A DNA stretch of 64,000 nucleotides, from contig OY843584.1 in NCBI GenBank assembly GCA_963692915.1, forward strand, positions 640,001-704,000. The letters are read 5' to 3'. The position numbers and the translations under genes were made by a program. This document shows, one piece after another, positions 60,101 to 64,000 of this stretch (positions within the stretch are counted from its first letter, which is position 1; each line of letters starts with the position of its first letter). Below the pieces are notes generated by a model that saw only the letters and a program-made list of their open reading frames with translations, was not told where the DNA came from and did no database searches. The stretch is from Cenarchaeum sp. GTDB taxonomy: Archaea > Thermoproteota > Nitrososphaeria > Nitrososphaerales > Nitrosopumilaceae.

Positions 60101-60341
60101 CCCATCCGGCCGCGTATGTCACATTATATCCACGGAGCGTCTTGTAGCGGTACCACATGTCCTTGATGACACGGCCCCTGACGTGGCCTGCGTGCGGAAC
60201 GCCGTTCATTGTCGGCGGACCCTCGATGATCGCAATCTCGGGCGCACCGTCTCGCCCACTTGGTGACTTGCGTGCTGCCTCTAGGCGCGGGCGCGCATCG
60301 CGCTCGATTTGCTTGAGGTCCATCTTGCCTTCAAGACCCAT
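57156..60341 (-). CDS. ileS: Isoleucyl-tRNA synthetase
   Basis: EGPPTMNGVPHAGH, GWDAQGLPVE, WTTMPFTL, EGIDQTRGW and KMSKS motifs. Confidence 0.96.
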   Translation of the reverse strand: MGLEGKMDLKQIERDARPRLEAARKSPSGRDGAPEIAIIEGPPTMNGVPHAGHVRGRVIKDMWYRYKTLRGYNVTYAAGWDAQGLPVELQAQKELGIEGSKSRIEEHGIEGLVAECKRIVREYHDRWVAVDRLLGMSADDDSAYWTYTDAYIEREWQVLRRARALGVLRDDYAVIAYCPGCQTSLSHAEVAQGYKEATDPSLYYKVRLDGEDASLVVWTTMPFTLVTDALVAVHPEEEYCRIRAGDETWIVGRTRLAEFAKEARLEEYSVISTVRGSALEGTRYLHPLLDEIPGLAGLAGNAPYHTVVAEAFVDTATGSGLVHISPANGEEDMRVAQRREVPVFCPIDDAVRFTGDAGKYAGMFVRDADDAIVASLRERGALVRARKIKHQYPHCWRSGDALVWLARRGWFYMLDRLDSMTVDAATAVEYYYEQTRNRFLGIVSERHPWCISRERYWGTPLPVWGCSSCGAKTWLHSRSEILDAAESLPDGEDFELHMPWIDRITIRCSSCGGKETSREKYVLDTWHNSGSAPYSSLDDESHARLVPVPFLTEGIDQTRGWAYTLLVEGVILAGAPTAPYSSFLFQGHVLDHEGNKMSKSKGNVIDAHELLERRPVDLVRLYFLWKSSPIESVNFDERELGTRPYQVLATLYNLHAYLEQNAEYDGVDVSASTCAEPPDCSSPADRWILSRLHGTVSRVTRDLDSCRIHEAAHAIEEYVISDLSQSYVPMTRADLWDESDGAAARRRTVYMVMAHALRTVDALLHPFCPYTTEHLHSAVFGTALASSSWPTVDGKMADSRLEESFDLMARLVSVAAAARTRARLKRRWPIERITLVVGKSQGGLLEGVMDILREQLNAESIDILEADAGASGAARVRELASLGLPVEPVVELDRKSAGPKARDLLPRLIEEIARAKPAEIAGMLEADGRCALVVGDREIVLGPEDIGVGVCATGENEISDRDGLAAILPSNRSAEMVCRGLVRDLARRLQALRKERGHNPTDILEYAAVSGLAPEQESMVAGRLEELAFLVRVRGVTLSDRPGAAYSDGDVDGQPIRIAVG

Positions 60342-60437
60342 GGGAAGCCGCAGTGCGGGCGCTCGTTATAAAGTTAGACTGGTCTTGCGCACATGATCCA
60401 AATGGTTCAATTAGCGGCAGTCATTTTGGCATGCCGC

Positions 60438-60992
60438 ATGAGCGGGCACGGCAGCGTTGGGGAGATTCGCCAGAGCGTCATTGGGTGTACCAAGTGCCCC
60501 TTGTGCTCGACGCGCACAAACGCCGTGCCCGGAAAGGGGGACGAGCACGCCAGAATAATCCTTGTGGGCGAGGCGCCGGGGCGACGCGAGGACGAGCGCG
60601 GCGAGCCGTTTGTCGGAGCCGCAGGCCACATACTCGATAACGCGCTCGCCGGTGCCGGCCTCTCGCGCGAGTCAGTATACATCACAAACACGGTAAAGTG
60701 CAGGCCGCCAGACAACAGGGTTCCAACTGACGCCGAGCGTGCCGCGTGTGCAGAATACCTTGCTGCCGAGATATCGCTCATATCGCCAAAGATAGTCTGC
60801 ATAATGGGCAACACCGCGTACAAGAGCATACTTGGGGGCAGCAGCATCACGCGTGAGCGCGGCAAGACCATACACAGGGACGGCATTGACTATTTTCTCA
60901 CGGTCCATCCGGCCGCAGTCATATACAACCGCGGGCTCGAGGGTGCGCTAGGCGATGACATGAAGGCGCTAGCAAGGATTGCCGGAGGCTAG
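60438..60992 (+). CDS. udg: Family-4 uracil-DNA glycosylase
   Basis: CTKCPLC, VGEAPG, EPFVG, NTVKCRPP and HPAA motifs. Confidence 0.93.
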   Translation: MSGHGSVGEIRQSVIGCTKCPLCSTRTNAVPGKGDEHARIILVGEAPGRREDERGEPFVGAAGHILDNALAGAGLSRESVYITNTVKCRPPDNRVPTDAERAACAEYLAAEISLISPKIVCIMGNTAYKSILGGSSITRERGKTIHRDGIDYFLTVHPAAVIYNRGLEGALGDDMKALARIAGG

Positions 60993-60993
60993 A

Positions 60994-61557
60994 ATGAGGC
61001 CGCTGCCACGGGAGTTCTATGCCAGGGACACCGTCACTGTCGCTCGCGACCTTTTGGGCCGCACGCTAGTGCGCCGCGCTGCCGGAGGGAGGGCGACGAT
61101 GGCCGGAACAATAGTCGAGACTGAAGCGTACAGGGCGTCTGACGATCCCGCAAGCCATGCGAGACGCGGCATGACGCAGAGGAACAGGGCAATGTTCGGC
61201 GAGGTCGGGCGCGCGTACGTCTACTTTACCTATGGCATGCATTATTGCCTCAACGCCGTAGCGCGCAGCAGCAGGCATGACGCCGGCGCTGTCCTAATTC
61301 GCGCGATCAGGCCGACTATGGGAGAGTGCATCATGGAAAAAAACCGCCATGGGTGCGCCGCGCGCATAATAGCCGACGGGCCGGCAAAGCTCACGCAGGC
61401 CATGGGCATAACTACTGGCCTGTACGGGACAGACCTGACTAGGCGCGGAGACCTGTATGTTGCCGGTGACGTGGCATCTCGCAGGCGCATTGCCACAGGC
61501 GCGCGCATTGGTATACGAAATGGGCTAGACATGATGTGGAACTTTAGGCTAGCCTGA
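60994..61557 (+). CDS. mpg: 3-methyladenine DNA glycosylase (MPG/AAG family)
   Basis: IVETEAY, YVYFTYGMHYCLN, AVLIRA, GPAKLTQA and RIGI motifs. Confidence 0.93.
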   Translation: MRPLPREFYARDTVTVARDLLGRTLVRRAAGGRATMAGTIVETEAYRASDDPASHARRGMTQRNRAMFGEVGRAYVYFTYGMHYCLNAVARSSRHDAGAVLIRAIRPTMGECIMEKNRHGCAARIIADGPAKLTQAMGITTGLYGTDLTRRGDLYVAGDVASRRRIATGARIGIRNGLDMMWNFRLA

Positions 61558-62199
61558 GCGCGCATTGCCATTATCGTCTTCATCGAGCGTCCAGGGCGCC
61601 ACGCGTCCTAGCACACGCGACCAGTCGAGTCGCAAGAGCGCGATCACGATGACCGTAACGGCAGCCCCGAACACGATTATGCCAATCAGCGCATACAGGA
61701 CATTGCCGTCAACCTGCGACATGGCAGACTCTACTAGCGAGGCACCAAGATAGTGCGCGAGGAGAACTGTCGCATAGTTGAGGACGAGCTTGCCTGACAG
61801 CGTGTATATCAGAAAACGCACGGGGTTGTACCTTGCTATGCCAAGCGGGATGTAGACGAGGTCATCAGGTATCGGCGTGGCTGCTGCAACAAATGTCGCA
61901 ATGCCGCCGTACCGCTTTACAAGGCGCTCAAATGGCCGTATTCGCGCCCGCGTCTTTGGGGCAATCATGCGCCTCCCCCCATAGCTGACCGAGAATATTA
62001 TCTGCTTTGCCGCAGTTGCAGTCAGCGCAGATATCAGCGCCAGAGCATGCAGGTTGAACGTGTCTCCCACTGACATTGTCACAAGGAATATGAACGAGGG
62101 CACGGGCACAAACGGTATGAGTGAGCCCACAAAGCTGACCAGTCCAAGTCCAAAATAGCTCAGCTCGGAGGACAGACCGAGCAGCGTGAACAGATCCAC
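61549..62199 (-). CDS. DedA/VTT-domain membrane protein
   Basis: Multiple TM helices; AATPIPDDLVYIPLG...F...GK. Confidence 0.8.
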   Translation of the reverse strand: MDLFTLLGLSSELSYFGLGLVSFVGSLIPFVPVPSFIFLVTMSVGDTFNLHALALISALTATAAKQIIFSVSYGGRRMIAPKTRARIRPFERLVKRYGGIATFVAAATPIPDDLVYIPLGIARYNPVRFLIYTLSGKLVLNYATVLLAHYLGASLVESAMSQVDGNVLYALIGIIVFGAAVTVIVIALLRLDWSRVLGRVAPWTLDEDDNGNARSG

Positions 62200-62558
62200 C
62201 GGCAGGCCGCGTCGGCGGCAATTATTTAACTGTGAAGCGCCCATCAGCGGTCAAGGCGCATTCCAACGCACGTCAGGCATCGCTGTCCACATAACTGCCG
62301 GAAATGCCGCATTGCAGGGCATCACCCGGCCACCATTGAGAGGTTCCACGGACCCTGCATGATGCCGTGTCAAAGGTCAAGCGCCAGATATCGCCCATGA
62401 CACACAGCGTCAGGATCCCAGCCCATATTTCAAAAATAATTCTGTTTTTCTGAAAAACACGTAAAATAATCAATTTATCCAAAAGTCAGCCTATTTGAAA
62501 CAGATCATATATAAGGAAAATAAAATAGGTATATATATTAAATATGCAGTAGCGGGGC

Positions 62559-64000
62559 ATGGAACTCGTGAGCGTAGACGCAACGCCTGACAAGAGCCTG
62601 ATAATGAAACTCGGCCAAGTCGGCTACAAGGCAGAGCAGGCCATCGCCGAACTGGTGGACAATGCCATTGATGCCAGGATCGACGGCAAGACCGAGAGCA
62701 TTGAGATCGGACTGGACCGCTCCAGCGAGATTGCCATTCGCGACGACGGGAAAGGCATGGATCTAGAGAGGCTGAGGCGCGCATGGACCCTGGGAGGCGC
62801 ATCCAAAAAAGGCAAGATTGGGATGTTTGGCGTGGGGTTAAAGAGCGCGTCATCATCACTAGGCAGGCACATAGACATAAGCACCACAGTCGAGGGATCT
62901 GGATACGAGCTGACTCTGACATATGATGAAGAAGAGTGGTTGAAGGACAAAAATGCCAAATGGAACAATGTCAAGGTAAGGCGCCACAGGGCTGAAAAGG
63001 GCACACATGGCACAAATATACGCATATCACAGCTCCGATCGTCATCATTTCCGCAACCAGCCAAGCTGCGCGAAGAGTTTGGCATACGGTATGGGCCGTA
63101 TCTCAATGAGGGAATTAGAATATCGATAAATGGCAAACAATGCGCGGCAAAAGAACCCACTATTGCTGACGGAACAAGAAAAAAGGTCGCCATGACCACA
63201 TTAGACGGAATAAGCATAACAGGGTGGATCGCATTGCTAAAAAAACGATCCATAAAGGGCAATTATGGAATACACATATACACCAACGGGAGACTGATAA
63301 AACCATACGCAAAGTTTGGCATACCTAGGCATCCCACCGCAGCTCGCGTCATAGGAAGCGTCACACTTGATAATGTTCCAGTGAATGTGTTCAAGACGGG
63401 TTTTCTCACAGAGTCACAAGAATACAAAGCAGCAGCAAATAGATTCAAAAACGACAACAATGTAAAAGAGACGATGCGTATGGCTGCCAGGAATAATCAG
63501 AAGGATCACGATATTGCGTCTGTCCTAAACCCACAAGAAAATCAGCGCCAACCACGCCTTTTGCGGCTAGGCGAGACAAAATCAGAAAGGCTTTTGCAAA
63601 ACATGGGCACCAATCTCATAGAGTACGATTTTGGGCCTGGCCTAAGATTGGAAGACGGCGGCTCAGGCCTGTACCGCTTAGAAAAACATGGTGAACGGCT
63701 AGAAATTGTGGTGAATCGTCAAAGCAAGGTCTTTCAGGCGTTTAAAAATCCACTGCATCTGCTAGTTATGATACAGGCAGAGGTGGAGACGTTTTTTCGC
63801 GATCCAGACATGGGCGACTTTATTGAGGCTCGAAATATCAAGTGGGAAAATCGGATAGACAAGCTTGCCAACGGTGCTCCTCGAGGCAGGTTACAGAACA
63901 TAGATCTGTTGAGTGCTGAACTGAGACATGTCTGTAAATATATGTTAGAACACGGCGCACACAGATTTCAGTTTACTGCATTGTCCACATTAACCGAATT
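62559..64000 (+). CDS. GHKL-family (MORC/HATPase_c_3-like) ATPase, truncated by window end
   Basis: MELVSVDATPD...IAELVDNAIDA (N-box), IRDDGKGM (G1), GMFGVGLKSA (G2), HGT (G3). AT-rich promoter at 62520-62545; lower GC than the flanking genes. Confidence 0.85.
   Translation, partial: MELVSVDATPDKSLIMKLGQVGYKAEQAIAELVDNAIDARIDGKTESIEIGLDRSSEIAIRDDGKGMDLERLRRAWTLGGASKKGKIGMFGVGLKSASSSLGRHIDISTTVEGSGYELTLTYDEEEWLKDKNAKWNNVKVRRHRAEKGTHGTNIRISQLRSSSFPQPAKLREEFGIRYGPYLNEGIRISINGKQCAAKEPTIADGTRKKVAMTTLDGISITGWIALLKKRSIKGNYGIHIYTNGRLIKPYAKFGIPRHPTAARVIGSVTLDNVPVNVFKTGFLTESQEYKAAANRFKNDNNVKETMRMAARNNQKDHDIASVLNPQENQRQPRLLRLGETKSERLLQNMGTNLIEYDFGPGLRLEDGGSGLYRLEKHGERLEIVVNRQSKVFQAFKNPLHLLVMIQAEVETFFRDPDMGDFIEARNIKWENRIDKLANGAPRGRLQNIDLLSAELRHVCKYMLEHGAHRFQFTALSTLTE

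Noticed and set aside
62491-63460. Minus-strand ORFs 62491..62922, 62624..63262 and 63263..63460
   Set aside because: Antisense to the GHKL ATPase, which has clear motifs on the + strand.

Overview
GC-rich archaeal window, most consistent with a Nitrososphaerota (Thaumarchaeota; Nitrosopumilaceae/Cenarchaeum-like, possibly host-associated) genome. The left 17 kb holds two tandem paralogous giant secreted surface-protein genes: one complete (2957 aa) and one running off the window edge. They alternate between near-identical and highly divergent blocks, and each has a G17 or G19 homopolymer at the same position upstream of its TATA box. This looks like a phase/antigenic-variation locus, and an orphan fragment of the same protein family sits at ~37.6-37.9 kb beside IS remnants. 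After pgk and an MqnE-like radical SAM gene comes a low-GC tandem array of convergent gene pairs (membrane coiled-coil protein plus Panacea/DUF4065-like protein) interrupted by an IS66 remnant. An intact IS481-like element (25-bp TIR, 15-bp TSD) sits in the rps30e promoter region, abutting an IS66 end. The rest is mostly housekeeping: SNF2 helicase, dppBC, JAMM, proS, ppdK, thrS-leuS-alaS, sucDC, ileS, udg, mpg and DedA. A low-GC MORC/GHKL ATPase gene begins at the right edge. No rRNA, tRNA or CRISPR array was recognised. All calls come from reading the sequence; no searches were run.
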